A stretch of DNA of 64,000 bases, taken from the NCBI GenBank assembly GCA_964632215.1, contig CAZWBG010000001.1:431863-495862 (forward strand), given 5' to 3'. A program made the position numbers and the translations under genes. Source of the DNA: an uncultured Candidatus Saccharibacteria bacterium. Lineage in GTDB: Bacteria; Patescibacteriota; Saccharimonadia; Saccharimonadales; UBA7683. Below, one piece after another: positions 27,973 through 37,983 of the stretch. The notes under the pieces were generated by a model that had not been told where the DNA came from, ran no database searches, and saw nothing but the letters and a program-made list of their open reading frames with translations. Position 1 is the stretch's first letter; the number at the start of each line of letters is the position of its first letter.

Positions 27973-28782
27973 TCAGCCGAGGCTGATCTTTTCGTCCGGA
28001 GCAACCATCATCCAAGCCTTCTCAAGTTCAGTCGGCCAATGATTGATAACATCATCGATCATGTCCAAGGCTGTAGTGAGTTCGGCTCGAACTGACTGAA
28101 TACCAATTCCGAGTGCAAGCGGATCACCATCTTCACAGATGAAAGTAAGACTGTGCTCCTCTTCATCATTTGAGCTGGGTCGTGCAAGCGTGAAGAGCTG
28201 TCGGCCCGCTATGTAGTAGGTCCGCATAGTAGTCTGACCAAACTCGCCACTCATACCACGCTCCGGCGTATCTTCGATGAATTTGCCCAAGCCTTTAGTG
28301 AAGACCCTGACAACAAACAAATAGAGACGCTGTTGAAGCAAGTACCTCGCGGCGCTAAAGACCTGATCAATCTGACTAGTAATCTGGGGAAGCCCAGTTA
28401 CTGGCGCAAAGATACTGCCCAATTGATGTGCAGTCAAGGATTGAATGACTCCGTCACCCGATATATCTGTGAGATCTGGCATCTCACGCTCCGTGCTCCG
28501 CTCGTAAGCCTCACGCAGTGCGCTGACCTCAGGGTCACTCGAAGTACGGAACTCTTCAATAGCTCCCACAAGTAGTTGCGGGATACTATTATCAATCTGC
28601 CAGTGGTCCCACTTGGTATCTGCTGGTATATCCAGCCCCTGAAAGTAGAGAACAAAGAAGAGAATCAGCTCGTGTTGACCCCTCCATCGCCTACATTCCG
28701 ACGTCTGAGAGTAGCCAACGAGTGCGGTAATCAGCTCTGCCTTTTTCACAGTTACCCCTATCAAGGTGGTTGATGGACACAT
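27973..28782 (-). CDS. Hypothetical protein
   Basis: 269-aa ORF, somewhat G+C-richer, with no motif recognised. It is followed by the hairpin GGCAGACGC..GCGTCTGCC at 27911-27938. Confidence 0.45.
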   Translation of the reverse strand: MCPSTTLIGVTVKKAELITALVGYSQTSECRRWRGQHELILFFVLYFQGLDIPADTKWDHWQIDNSIPQLLVGAIEEFRTSSDPEVSALREAYERSTEREMPDLTDISGDGVIQSLTAHQLGSIFAPVTGLPQITSQIDQVFSAARYLLQQRLYLFVVRVFTKGLGKFIEDTPERGMSGEFGQTTMRTYYIAGRQLFTLARPSSNDEEEHSLTFICEDGDPLALGIGIQSVRAELTTALDMIDDVINHWPTELEKAWMMVAPDEKISLG

Positions 28783-28893
28783 TAAGATTCGGCACCAAAG
28801 ACTAATCCTTGGTACATATCTATCATTATATCATTTATCTATATTTTAGTCAATTCATCTTCTCTTACTAGATCTGTTGGGTATTGCGCTGAG

Positions 28894-31029
28894 TCACGAG
28901 GCTTTGATTCTTGCGAGTGGGAAACGGAAGCCAAAAGTACTACCCCTGCCTTCAACGCTCTCAAAAATTACCGCTCCACCCTGAGCCACCACAATCTTTT
29001 GAGCCATAAACAAGCCTAAGCCCGTACCATCAGGTCGAGCTTTGCGAGCATTACCAGCTCGAAAGAACTTACTGAAGAGTTTGCGCTGTTCAGCCTTAGG
29101 TACGCCAATACCGGTATCAACAACTTTAAAGAATATATCTTTATTCACGGTGTAGAGTTGTACGGTAACCGTTCCACCAGAGAGCGTGTAGTAGATGGCG
29201 TTATCTATCATATTCATCATAACCTGGCGAGTTTTGTTGTCATCAAGCATAACTTTCGGAAAGTTATGCGGTGCATCGTATTGTAGTGTAATAGATTTTG
29301 CCTCAGCCATCTCTTTGAGTTGAATCAACTCTTCACTCACCATAAGCGACAAGTCTATCTCTTTTGGCTCAATCACGAACCTACCCGTCTTAATACGAGA
29401 GACATTGAGAAAATCTGAGATCAAAAAGACCATACGCTGTGAGCTGGTGAATGCCTCTTTAAGTGCCTGCTTTTGTTGGGGTGATGTCTTCCCAAGGTCA
29501 CCCTCAAGCATCATTGAGATATAACCCTTAATAGAAGTGAGCGGCGTGCGAAGTTGATGTGATGCCATGCTAATAAACTCGTCCTTGGCATCATCTAGGG
29601 CAATCAGTTTCTTATTGGTCTGCTTGAGCTCTCGTGTCGCCTCTTCAACCTTATGTTGTAAAGTAATATTGAAAGCCTGAATTTCTTCAAAACGCTGTGC
29701 ATTCTGCAAAGCCACCGCCAACTCATTCGCAATAATTTTTAGAAGCTTTTTGTCTTGGTCGTTATATATACTACCGCTTTTCTTGGGTCCCGCAACAAAA
29801 TAGCCTATTATTTCATTTTTTGTGATTAAAGGCATAATTAGGCTTATATTTTCAGCCCGCATTGTTTGTGCAAGTTGTGTGGCTGTATGCTCTATTTCAT
29901 CATACAATACCTCTTGCTTTTTAGATTTTTCAATAATCTTAGTTAGTAAGACTTCATTAAAGGATGGGGTCTCACCAATAAAATCTTTTACCCTTATTTC
30001 GCTACCTTCCTTCAAGATAAAACCACAATATGTAGATCTGAAAGTACGAGACAAAACCTTAAGAGAACTCTCTTGGATTTTATGTAGATCAATACTCCCC
30101 ACTATAATCTTACCGACTTGATCCAACACTTCTTGAGTATCATAAGCATCTTGGTAAAAAAGTTTGTTTGTATACTTGTTGAAGAAACGTATGATTGGTG
30201 CATAGGTTGTCGCCACCACAAGTGCAAATATAATGAAAAAGCTCGCTTGTAGATAAGAGATATTCGACATATCTATAAACAACGCACCCAGACCAAAAAC
30301 TACTGCACCATATAGCAAGCCTATAGTTGCAATCGACAACAAGTATATTAAAGCTCTTGCTACCACAAGCCTGATATCGAATAACTTGTGTTTGATTATG
30401 GCGTAGCCAACCATACATACAAAAAAGGCACCGTATACAGGGCTCAGAAAGATAAGGTTCGGATTTTTGAACAAAATAGGCATGACAAAGCCCGTAATAG
30501 GGCTGATCGCAAATATTGGGATCATCCCGACAATAAGCATCTGTAGTTGTGATCGCTTCTGTGGTGAAGACTTCTGTAAACTCTTTACGAGCTTCAGGAA
30601 CGTAAGTGCCACCAAGCAAATGAAGAAAATGATAAATACCGGTGCCAAGATATTTGGAACTGGTACCGGACTTACGTCGTCACTCAAACCACTAAATACA
30701 AGTGGGGTCAGACTAAGTAACGATAAGATGAAGGCCCCTGAAAAAAGTATGAGCTGTCGTTTCTTATTGAAACTATCTACTAAGATACATATAAGTAAGT
30801 ACTGAAAATATACGGCCAAGAGGGCGAACATAACAACCATACGTATGAGCAGTAATCTATCTGCTGTCTGAAGTGAGAAGTAATTGAAGACTGAGTAGAG
30901 AACAATGAACGTAGTGAGAGCGGAGTAGGCCTGGCTCACTGCACTGCGTGGGTTTTTGGCAAACACGAACAAACCAACTACAATACTGATCAGTGTGCTA
31001 ATCACCAAAATAAAGAGCTCTACGTGCAT
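28894..31029 (-). CDS. Multi-pass membrane sensor histidine kinase
   Basis: About 8 N-terminal TM helices, then the H-box SHQLRTPLTSIKGY, N-box DNAIYYT, and G-boxes DTGIGV and GTGLGL. Confidence 0.88.
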   Translation of the reverse strand: MHVELFILVISTLISIVVGLFVFAKNPRSAVSQAYSALTTFIVLYSVFNYFSLQTADRLLLIRMVVMFALLAVYFQYLLICILVDSFNKKRQLILFSGAFILSLLSLTPLVFSGLSDDVSPVPVPNILAPVFIIFFICLVALTFLKLVKSLQKSSPQKRSQLQMLIVGMIPIFAISPITGFVMPILFKNPNLIFLSPVYGAFFVCMVGYAIIKHKLFDIRLVVARALIYLLSIATIGLLYGAVVFGLGALFIDMSNISYLQASFFIIFALVVATTYAPIIRFFNKYTNKLFYQDAYDTQEVLDQVGKIIVGSIDLHKIQESSLKVLSRTFRSTYCGFILKEGSEIRVKDFIGETPSFNEVLLTKIIEKSKKQEVLYDEIEHTATQLAQTMRAENISLIMPLITKNEIIGYFVAGPKKSGSIYNDQDKKLLKIIANELAVALQNAQRFEEIQAFNITLQHKVEEATRELKQTNKKLIALDDAKDEFISMASHQLRTPLTSIKGYISMMLEGDLGKTSPQQKQALKEAFTSSQRMVFLISDFLNVSRIKTGRFVIEPKEIDLSLMVSEELIQLKEMAEAKSITLQYDAPHNFPKVMLDDNKTRQVMMNMIDNAIYYTLSGGTVTVQLYTVNKDIFFKVVDTGIGVPKAEQRKLFSKFFRAGNARKARPDGTGLGLFMAQKIVVAQGGAVIFESVEGRGSTFGFRFPLARIKAS

Positions 31030-31069
31030 ACACCACAGTATAAAGCAAAAGCGCTATGGTGTGAAAATA

Positions 31070-32209
31070 CTAATCTCTCTTTAGTAGATCATCTGTGTCG
31101 ATATAAGATCTACCAGAAGTAACTTCATTACCTAAAAGTATCTCTCTTGCTATGCGCTCAATAGCAACACCACCAATGGTGGCAGTAGCGCCAAGTTGCG
31201 GTAAACCAGGTAGTTCTCCGCTGAAAACAGCCATCACAGAGTTTAGCATTCTCTCGGAGGCATTTTCCACTCCCACTAAATCAAACATGAATCCTTTGGT
31301 CTCATCTTCTGTTGCAGTACCAGATAATAGTTTCTGATAGTTTTCTTCGGACAGCCTACCGTTGAAGGGTGTTACCTCTTCTTTACCATACATTTCAATA
31401 TCCAACAGTGATCTATCTCCAATATCTGTAGCCATAAGCACTGGCACCCCATACTCTTTGCCTGTAGCGCGAATTAGAGCCTTAATTGGTAAGGCATCTA
31501 CTGCATCAACCATAAAATCAGGGCGAGCGTCCGACATCACTTCTTTGATATTTTTTGAGTCTACTCCGTCTCGAAGTAGTATTTGCACTATGTAGGGATC
31601 GAGAACAGATATATATTTAGCGAGTACATCTATCTTCTTTTGTCCAAGATCTAATTGTGTTGCCTCGAGTCGGTTTGTGTTTGCTGGGCTGATGACATCC
31701 ATATCTGCCGTAATGAGTGTTCCAGCGACACCCCCTAGGGCAAGCTGCCGAACCACGCTACCACCTACGCTAAGGCCAAAGACTGCCGCCACGCCCTCGT
31801 AAAGCTTACTTTGCTCTTCTTGAGTAATGAGATCTCTGTTTCTGGAGGTTCTCAACGCCCGATGAACATCTTGATGGGCGTAGCGGACAAGAGATTGTGA
31901 CCAAGAAAAATAGAACCACTCTCCATAGCCAACACCTTTCCCAACAATGTCGTCAACAAACTCTTCACGTAATGTCAGATCATCCTTTTCTTGCGGATAA
32001 GTATACTCGAATAAATCTTCCGCGATCTCACGCACAGGATCAATTACATCGATAACTTGATTAGAATCAAACAATCTTTCAACCACTGCAATATCACCTC
32101 TATCAGTAAGATCAAAACTTGTGGGCTTGGTCCACTCAGTAGCCGAATGTGTAGAGTCGGAGATTAACTGCGTTACATTCTCTAGTGATATATTGTGCGC
32201 CTCTGCCAT
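31070..32209 (-). CDS. ThiF/MoeB/TcdA-family E1-like adenylyltransferase with ~130-aa N-terminal extension
   Basis: Rossmann block VFGLSVGGSVVRQLALGGVG.L...D.D......N.NR, then DAVD....K, then a TDIGD region. There are no Zn-binding Cys pairs. Confidence 0.6.
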   Translation of the reverse strand: MAEAHNISLENVTQLISDSTHSATEWTKPTSFDLTDRGDIAVVERLFDSNQVIDVIDPVREIAEDLFEYTYPQEKDDLTLREEFVDDIVGKGVGYGEWFYFSWSQSLVRYAHQDVHRALRTSRNRDLITQEEQSKLYEGVAAVFGLSVGGSVVRQLALGGVAGTLITADMDVISPANTNRLEATQLDLGQKKIDVLAKYISVLDPYIVQILLRDGVDSKNIKEVMSDARPDFMVDAVDALPIKALIRATGKEYGVPVLMATDIGDRSLLDIEMYGKEEVTPFNGRLSEENYQKLLSGTATEDETKGFMFDLVGVENASERMLNSVMAVFSGELPGLPQLGATATIGGVAIERIAREILLGNEVTSGRSYIDTDDLLKRD

Positions 32210-32226
32210 ATGCTATACCTCTCTAT

Positions 32227-33075
32227 TTACCTTACTGCGCTGGACCCAAGGGGCCTGAGTATGTCTTCTCGCCACTGCATCACCTCTCCACTCATCTTAG
32301 CTTCAGCAATTCCGTCAGTAAAGAAGAGTAGGCTACCTGCTACATGCCGTCTCGTGCGCTCATTAGCTTCCTCGGGCGTAGGGTTTGTTACAATATTATG
32401 CATTGTGTCAAAAAATTCGTCAGGACGAAATGCAATCGGACGAAGTTTTACTTGAGACTCATCAACACGATCATCTATAATCGCTACATCCTCCCCGAGG
32501 ATTGTAAATACACGATGTCCTAACCTTCGGGCAAGTGATTCATAAGTATTCGATACGATTGCAAAAAACCAAGTCTCATCTTTACCAATAGACTCTTGTG
32601 TTGTTTTACGAAGAATCTCGAATAACCCTACAGATGCACGCTTATTGCTCTTGGCCAATGCTGCAATCTCTTTTAATTTAAGTCCTTCTACTGCTTTCAG
32701 TAGCACCCTGCCATGCTCGGTAAGCGTAGGTCCAGTAAGGCCATAGGCTGGAAGGTCTTCAACTGATTGACCCTCGGCAAGACTAATCACTCTCATCGTT
32801 GCCCTATTCAACGGACCAATAGGATCGGTTGCAAGATGGTATTCAACATTCGAACCTCGAGCCTTATCTATCTCCGGTAGTATATATCCATCACTCCCGA
32901 TTGCACCACGGTTAACGAATCCCATATCTTGATTATAGCCAACAGCATGGGTCTGTAGCGCTAGGTCAACTATCTCTGGATCGGTGGACTCAAATCCGCT
33001 CTGATGCAAATAGCTGTCATTCCTACTGGGCGGAGAGCTGTCGACGGGGGTTTCGTGTGATAATACTAATGACAT
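32227..33075 (-). CDS. Possible GNAT-fold N-acyl amino acid synthase / autoinducer-synthase-like protein
   Basis: The pattern ..GY...MGFV......DGY..PE.D.....EYHLA.D....NRATMRVI plus later ..FFAIV resembles Acetyltransf_5 (FeeM-like). This is a by-eye call only. Confidence 0.35.
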   Translation of the reverse strand: MSLVLSHETPVDSSPPSRNDSYLHQSGFESTDPEIVDLALQTHAVGYNQDMGFVNRGAIGSDGYILPEIDKARGSNVEYHLATDPIGPLNRATMRVISLAEGQSVEDLPAYGLTGPTLTEHGRVLLKAVEGLKLKEIAALAKSNKRASVGLFEILRKTTQESIGKDETWFFAIVSNTYESLARRLGHRVFTILGEDVAIIDDRVDESQVKLRPIAFRPDEFFDTMHNIVTNPTPEEANERTRRHVAGSLLFFTDGIAEAKMSGEVMQWREDILRPLGSSAVR

Positions 33076-33097
33076 CTAATTTACCTTATCCGTACAA

Positions 33098-33150
33098 AAA
33101 TAGGCGTAAGCCCCTCACTAATTTTATTAGTAAAGTGCTTACGCCTATTT
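33098..33150. promoter_or_regulatory. Perfect 14-bp inverted repeat in the divergent control region
   Basis: AAATAGGCGTAAGC (33098-33111) and GCTTACGCCTATTT (33137-33150) are separated by 25 nt. They lie between the GNAT-like operon start (33075) and the receiver gene (33261). Confidence 0.45.
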
Positions 33151-33260
33151 GTAAATAATTTCTAAACTAAGTCAAACTATAGCATATGTCTTATAAAAGT
33201 GCAAGTATTTTTACTTAGATTACTGTTCTGGTATGCTAGGAGTAATAGGGGAAAATAGAC

Positions 33261-33635
33261 ATGACTAAGATAACTATTGTTGAGGATGATGCCACTATTT
33301 GCAATATGTATGCACTGAAGTTTCGGCATGCTGAATTTATTGTGAGTACAGCTAAAGATGGCTACGAGGGCTTGAAGGTCATCAAGAAAGAAGCGCCAGA
33401 CATGATTTTGCTTGATCTTCGTATGCCCCGTATGGGCGGTGATGAAATGCTCAGGGAGCTACGCGGTAGTGAATGGGGTCAAGAGATACCCGTTATAATC
33501 CTTACTAATATCAGTAAAGATGAGGCACCCCGTACTTTGTGGCACCTAGGTATTAGCGATTTCATTGTGAAGTCGCACAGTACTCCCCAGAAAGTACTAG
33601 ATTGTGTACAGAAAGTACTTGCGAGTAACGTATAA
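33261..33635 (+). CDS. Stand-alone response-regulator receiver domain protein
   Basis: IVEDD, phospho-acceptor context ILLDLRMP, ILTN and FIVKS. There is no output domain. Confidence 0.85.
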   Translation: MTKITIVEDDATICNMYALKFRHAEFIVSTAKDGYEGLKVIKKEAPDMILLDLRMPRMGGDEMLRELRGSEWGQEIPVIILTNISKDEAPRTLWHLGISDFIVKSHSTPQKVLDCVQKVLASNV

Positions 33636-33694
33636 ATACGGTCTTATTTTGTTTTGTGGTTGCGCTTAAGGGGTTTTTTGCTTAAAGTTAGTAT

Positions 33695-34069
33695 ATGTCG
33701 GCCATAAAAATTGCAATTGTTGAAGACGATCTAGCTATTTCCCAAATGTACCGCCTCAAATTTGAGTCTGAGGGGTATGAAGTTCAGACTGCTGAAAACG
33801 GCAAGCTTGGGCTTGAGCTCGCTGAAGTATTCAAGCCAGATATTATTTTACTTGATCTTATGATGCCAGAAATGACTGGTGACGAAATGCTCATAGAGCT
33901 CCGGAAGAAAACCTGGGGCAAGAAAACTACGGTCATTATTTTGACAAACCTTGGTGAAGAAGAATCACCAAAAGTTTTACGAGGCCTGGGTGTTCACTCC
34001 TTTATCGTCAAAGCCGAGATGACACCACGACAAGTTGCCGAACGTGTTAAACAAGCTCTAGCAGCCTAG
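33695..34069 (+). CDS. Stand-alone response-regulator receiver domain protein (paralog)
   Basis: IVEDD, ILLDLMMP, ILTN and FIVKA. Length and layout match the upstream paralog. Confidence 0.85.
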   Translation: MSAIKIAIVEDDLAISQMYRLKFESEGYEVQTAENGKLGLELAEVFKPDIILLDLMMPEMTGDEMLIELRKKTWGKKTTVIILTNLGEEESPKVLRGLGVHSFIVKAEMTPRQVAERVKQALAA

Positions 34070-34884
34070 CCAGCGATGCCAGCGGCACGCTTGGCGGAAC
34101 GAATAACATTTTCAAATAGTGCGCAGACCGTAAGTGGGCCAACGCCACCTTTCTTTGGTGTAATCTTCAGATCATCTCGTTCATAGACATCATCAGCTAA
34201 GTCGCCCACTGCTCTGCCAGATTCCATGGCTACACCAGCATCTACCACCACACAACCCTTAGGAATCATCGCGCTCGTTAGTAGGCCTGGTACGCCCGTG
34301 GCAGTGATAATAACATCTGCCGTGGCAGTTTCCTTTGCAATATCGTCAGAAGAATCACAAACCACTACATTTACTCCTGAATTTTTAAGGAGAATCTCCA
34401 GTGGCTGCCCAACCAATTTGCCATGTCCAATAATTACAACTTTGCGGCCGTTTTTTATATCTATATTATAGCCCGCCAGAAGCCAGAGAATTGCCGTAGC
34501 TGTGGCTGGGTCGAGTATTGCATGAGCACCAAGGGCATCAATGTCTTTTTCTGGCGCAACTAAATCGCAAATCTTTTGTGTTTCGGAAACATCAGCCAAT
34601 GGCAACTGCACAATAATTCCATGTACAGAATCATCTTGGTTCAGTACAGTAATTAACTCGGCTGCTTCACTTTGTGCAATACGATGAATTTCTACCTCAA
34701 TAAGAATATCGCTACCGTAGCGCTCTTTCAGGCGCATGTATATTTCAATAATTGGCTGTTCAACGGTCACGATAATAGCTAATTTTGGCACTACACCATA
34801 AGCTTGTCGTAAACCACGGACAGCTTTAATTTGGCGTTCTTTTACGAAGTCGGCAAGGTCAGCGCCGTTTAAGAGTCTCATCAC
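34066..34884 (-). CDS. folD: Bifunctional methylene-THF dehydrogenase / methenyl-THF cyclohydrolase FolD
   Basis: HGIIVQLPL, KDIDAL, VVIIGHGKLVGQPL, and GGVGPLTV. Confidence 0.88.
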   Translation of the reverse strand: MMRLLNGADLADFVKERQIKAVRGLRQAYGVVPKLAIIVTVEQPIIEIYMRLKERYGSDILIEVEIHRIAQSEAAELITVLNQDDSVHGIIVQLPLADVSETQKICDLVAPEKDIDALGAHAILDPATATAILWLLAGYNIDIKNGRKVVIIGHGKLVGQPLEILLKNSGVNVVVCDSSDDIAKETATADVIITATGVPGLLTSAMIPKGCVVVDAGVAMESGRAVGDLADDVYERDDLKITPKKGGVGPLTVCALFENVIRSAKRAAGIAG

Positions 34885-34990
34885 TCTATGCTAACAGAGG
34901 TAACGTAAAAACAAAAGGTTCAAAGATGTATTTCGTTGCCTATACAACTCATCAGCGGAACTCTTACTTTCCGGATACATCCGCGCAGGA

Positions 34991-35036
34991 GGGCAGAGCG
35001 AGCTTGCTACGGAAAACCGCGCTACTCGCTCCGCCC
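34991..35036 (-). terminator. 12-bp GC-rich stem-loop after the LemA-like gene
   Basis: On the minus strand, GGGCGGAGCGAG pairs with CTCGCTCTGCCC. One pair is G-U on the minus strand and an A-C mismatch on the plus strand. The loop is 22 nt. Confidence 0.45.
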
Positions 35037-35061
35037 CAACTACGCGCTAAAACGCGTTCAT

Positions 35062-35736
35062 TCAGCCTGGCTTAGACCCAAACGGATCCTCCGCCTCCAA
35101 CGTGCCCGTCTCGTAAGCTGTATTAGCCTCTTCAACAACCACAATGGTCTTCATCTGGATTAGGGCTTGCTTGCCCTCGAGAATCTGATCGCCCTTCTTG
35201 GCATTGAGATTCGCAGAAGGAAACTCACTGCCAAATGTACGCACGGTCCAACTGCCAGTACGCCAAGTGTCGTACTCACGAATCATGTCGAGCAGCTTGT
35301 TCTGCATACCACGATAGTCCGTGCGACACCCGTTCACCACCGAGAGAACCTTGTCATACCCTCCAGTCACACCGGAGAGATCAGGATAAGCCTCGGTGAT
35401 AGCACTAAAGAGGGTTCCTCCGCCAACCTGAGCCGATGAACCTTCGTCATATCGACCCTTGACCGCATCTGTCATGATGCGATCAAAAGCTTCAGTTTGA
35501 CCCTGCACGACACCAGCACTCTCACGAATCCGAATGATGCAATCACTCAGCGTATTGATATTGACGCTGTACTGCGCATTGAGCCCCGCTTCCTTGGTGT
35601 TGCCATTATTCTTGACGCCGTTGTTGACGAAGAACAGAATGCCACCGATTACAACCACCAGAGCCACAACAGCCCCAATAATAATCGTTGACCTATACTG
35701 CTTGAGCAGACTTCCGAAGTCGTTTGATTCTTGCAT
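35062..35736 (-). CDS. LemA-like membrane protein
   Basis: N-terminal TM, with EAYPDLSG.....K.L......R.DY......L...I.EY.. resembling LemA blocks (EaYPdLka...YN). It is G+C-richer than the backbone. Confidence 0.5.
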   Translation of the reverse strand: MQESNDFGSLLKQYRSTIIIGAVVALVVVIGGILFFVNNGVKNNGNTKEAGLNAQYSVNINTLSDCIIRIRESAGVVQGQTEAFDRIMTDAVKGRYDEGSSAQVGGGTLFSAITEAYPDLSGVTGGYDKVLSVVNGCRTDYRGMQNKLLDMIREYDTWRTGSWTVRTFGSEFPSANLNAKKGDQILEGKQALIQMKTIVVVEEANTAYETGTLEAEDPFGSKPG

Positions 35737-35742
35737 GGTTTT

Positions 35743-37233
35743 CTACCACCTCATCTTGTTGGAAGTTGGTGTCTTGTGAGTAGACTCTGCCGAGTGGAAT
35801 CCTCGGAAGGGGTCGAGGTATAGCACCCCACCCCACCCTACGAGCGAAATCAACAAGACAATGAAGAACATCAGTATATTCGCACCTGTAGAAACTGGAA
35901 TAGAATCTCTCAGGTACACGTAACCTGTTCCGCTATCTCCTTCGTCCTGACATGACATGCACGCACGCAAAAAAGGAAAATCTTGGAACATCACTCGCGC
36001 AAGTATGCCATCACCGAAGTGATAACGAACACTGGGCTCGCCGTTTTCGTCGACGTAGGGCTCGGCTCGTACAGAACCAAACACTGCATCAGGATCAAAC
36101 GGTTTATCCTGCAATTCGAATTGCATAGCTGCAAGCATCTCGCCGTTGCCCTCTGGCATGCCCGTTTTGGCACGAGACCATTCGATAGTAGTAGCATCAT
36201 CGCTAATGCCAAACACCAGAACAATCCCGTTTTTGGGGAGACCCCATTTACCAAGCTTGCTTTGCCAATAGGCAGTGAGTGCCCCAATGTACTCATCGGG
36301 ATTATCAATAGCTGCTGCCGGTACTACCACGACATGTAGATCGCCTTGATGCTCGCTGCCCAGGGCAGCGTTAAAACGCATTAGGTGATCATGCCACGTA
36401 GAGAGGTCCGGCTCATTACCACCAACAGCTTGGATCTTTGTCGCCTGCATGCCCGAATCAAACAGCACTCCATTTTTCAGGTTGGCTGTGTGTTCAGGAA
36501 GCAATTCTGCAGATTCATAAGAGTCGATGCTCTCGCTGTACTGCTTGAGCAGCGTCCTCTCTGAGGGCAGAATGAAGTTGATGTACTCATTGACCTTTGT
36601 CACAGGCTCAGCATCACCGGCTTCAAGCCGAGCTTTGCTTACTAGCCACCGCTCAGGAACTCCACGACTCACATCACCCGGAAAACCCTTGCCACCTCTC
36701 CATTCTTGAGGACTCTCGGCAAAGATATTCTGAGCAATCGTAATTGTTCGCCCCAGGTTATCGGCCAGGAAGTAGCTATGTTCTGCTGTCGCGTAGGGAC
36801 ACCTGTGATAGCGTGTCTCATACTCAACATACGTCTCGCTACGCGTACCTCCTTTGCCATCTGATACGGAACGGCTCTTCGTAACTGCGACCTGGTATGG
36901 ATCACAGTTGTAAACACGAATGCAAGAGCCATCGCGAGTACAGGGTGTTTCGCTTGAAGTAGCCGATACAATCGAACCATTCCAAAACTCCTGATATCCA
37001 GCAGTAGCTTGGGCTCGAGCAGCGTTTGGCCCAAAGACCACTGTCACCACTACCGCCATAAATACCACCAAGATACTTACCACACCGTATTCAATCCAAG
37101 TAACACGAAGTGGGTTGTCGTAACGATCACCCACCTTGAATCGCCAGGCAAGAGCCATGACAATAAGTCCCACTAGTAGCGGGACCACCACACTCATTAC
37201 AAGAAGCACTGCGCCTCCTTGGTTAGGGGTCAC
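35743..37233 (-). CDS. Membrane protein with TPM-like domain
   Basis: Two N-terminal TMs and one C-terminal TM. HVVVVPAAAIDNPDEYIGALTAYWQSKLGKWGLPKNGIVLVFG resembles the TPM (DUF477) core. This matches the classical LemA-TPM pairing. Confidence 0.4.
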   Translation of the reverse strand: MTPNQGGAVLLVMSVVVPLLVGLIVMALAWRFKVGDRYDNPLRVTWIEYGVVSILVVFMAVVVTVVFGPNAARAQATAGYQEFWNGSIVSATSSETPCTRDGSCIRVYNCDPYQVAVTKSRSVSDGKGGTRSETYVEYETRYHRCPYATAEHSYFLADNLGRTITIAQNIFAESPQEWRGGKGFPGDVSRGVPERWLVSKARLEAGDAEPVTKVNEYINFILPSERTLLKQYSESIDSYESAELLPEHTANLKNGVLFDSGMQATKIQAVGGNEPDLSTWHDHLMRFNAALGSEHQGDLHVVVVPAAAIDNPDEYIGALTAYWQSKLGKWGLPKNGIVLVFGISDDATTIEWSRAKTGMPEGNGEMLAAMQFELQDKPFDPDAVFGSVRAEPYVDENGEPSVRYHFGDGILARVMFQDFPFLRACMSCQDEGDSGTGYVYLRDSIPVSTGANILMFFIVLLISLVGWGGVLYLDPFRGFHSAESTHKTPTSNKMRW

Positions 37234-37353
37234 ATTCGGCTGAATATAACACGTTAAGGTTCACTTCTTACCGTTGCCCACCTTCAGACAAGTAGTTTGT
37301 ATATTTTAACACTTTATTAAAAATAATTCAAATATAGTGAGCGGTTTTCGCAG

Positions 37354-37893
37354 CTATCCAACTACAGGTGGTTGAGGCGCTGTTGGTGATACAGGTGGAG
37401 TAGGTGTAGCAGGAGTTTGACCCTCGGGACCAGCAGGACCCTGATATTGTGCACCGCCAAATGCAAGCATTGGAAAGCCAATAATAGGAACTACTATTAG
37501 TAGTACTGCGTACCAAACATCTTTACCAAACGATTTGGCTACATCAATTAGAGCAATAATAGACACTATTAGGCCAATGAGTGAACCTAGCCCTGGAATA
37601 AGAACAAGTAACGCCCACCATCCAGGTCGGCCAGCAAGTTCGTATAGAACCCAGTTGTTATAAATTGGAATAAAAGCTGCCCAGGTATTTTGAACTTTAG
37701 CTTTTTTGAAAATCTTGTAATAACACAGTGCGAAGAACAAGTAAGCAAGTAGGCTCACAAAAAGTGCTACAAGAAAGATCACCAACACCACACCAGCTGA
37801 TATGCTATCTGATGTTGTACTAGCCGGCGTGTAGTCGTAGCTCGATGTGTAGTAGCGGCTACTTTGCGCAACCGCTGTTAATATTGAAAGCAT
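37354..37893 (-). CDS. DUF5684-like small multi-pass membrane protein with Pro-rich tail
   Basis: YYKIFKKAKVQNTWAAFIPIYNNWVLYELAGRPGWWALL...AKSFGK pattern. Confidence 0.6.
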   Translation of the reverse strand: MLSILTAVAQSSRYYTSSYDYTPASTTSDSISAGVVLVIFLVALFVSLLAYLFFALCYYKIFKKAKVQNTWAAFIPIYNNWVLYELAGRPGWWALLVLIPGLGSLIGLIVSIIALIDVAKSFGKDVWYAVLLIVVPIIGFPMLAFGGAQYQGPAGPEGQTPATPTPPVSPTAPQPPVVG

Positions 37894-37983
37894 ATATAAA
37901 ACCCTTCTATTTGTTGATTATGAATTGATTATAGCAGATCTTTACATCAAGGTTATGTTACTCAAAAATGCTACTATTAAACT

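Noticed and set aside
27806-28015. A 69-aa minus ORF, and a tRNA-like string ttcagtggtagagcac (27830-27845), lie between the umuD-like gene and the upstream orphan.
   Set aside because: The ORF has no start context and overlaps a hairpin. The D-arm-like 16-mer is not embedded in any foldable cloverleaf on either strand, so at most it is a tRNA fragment.
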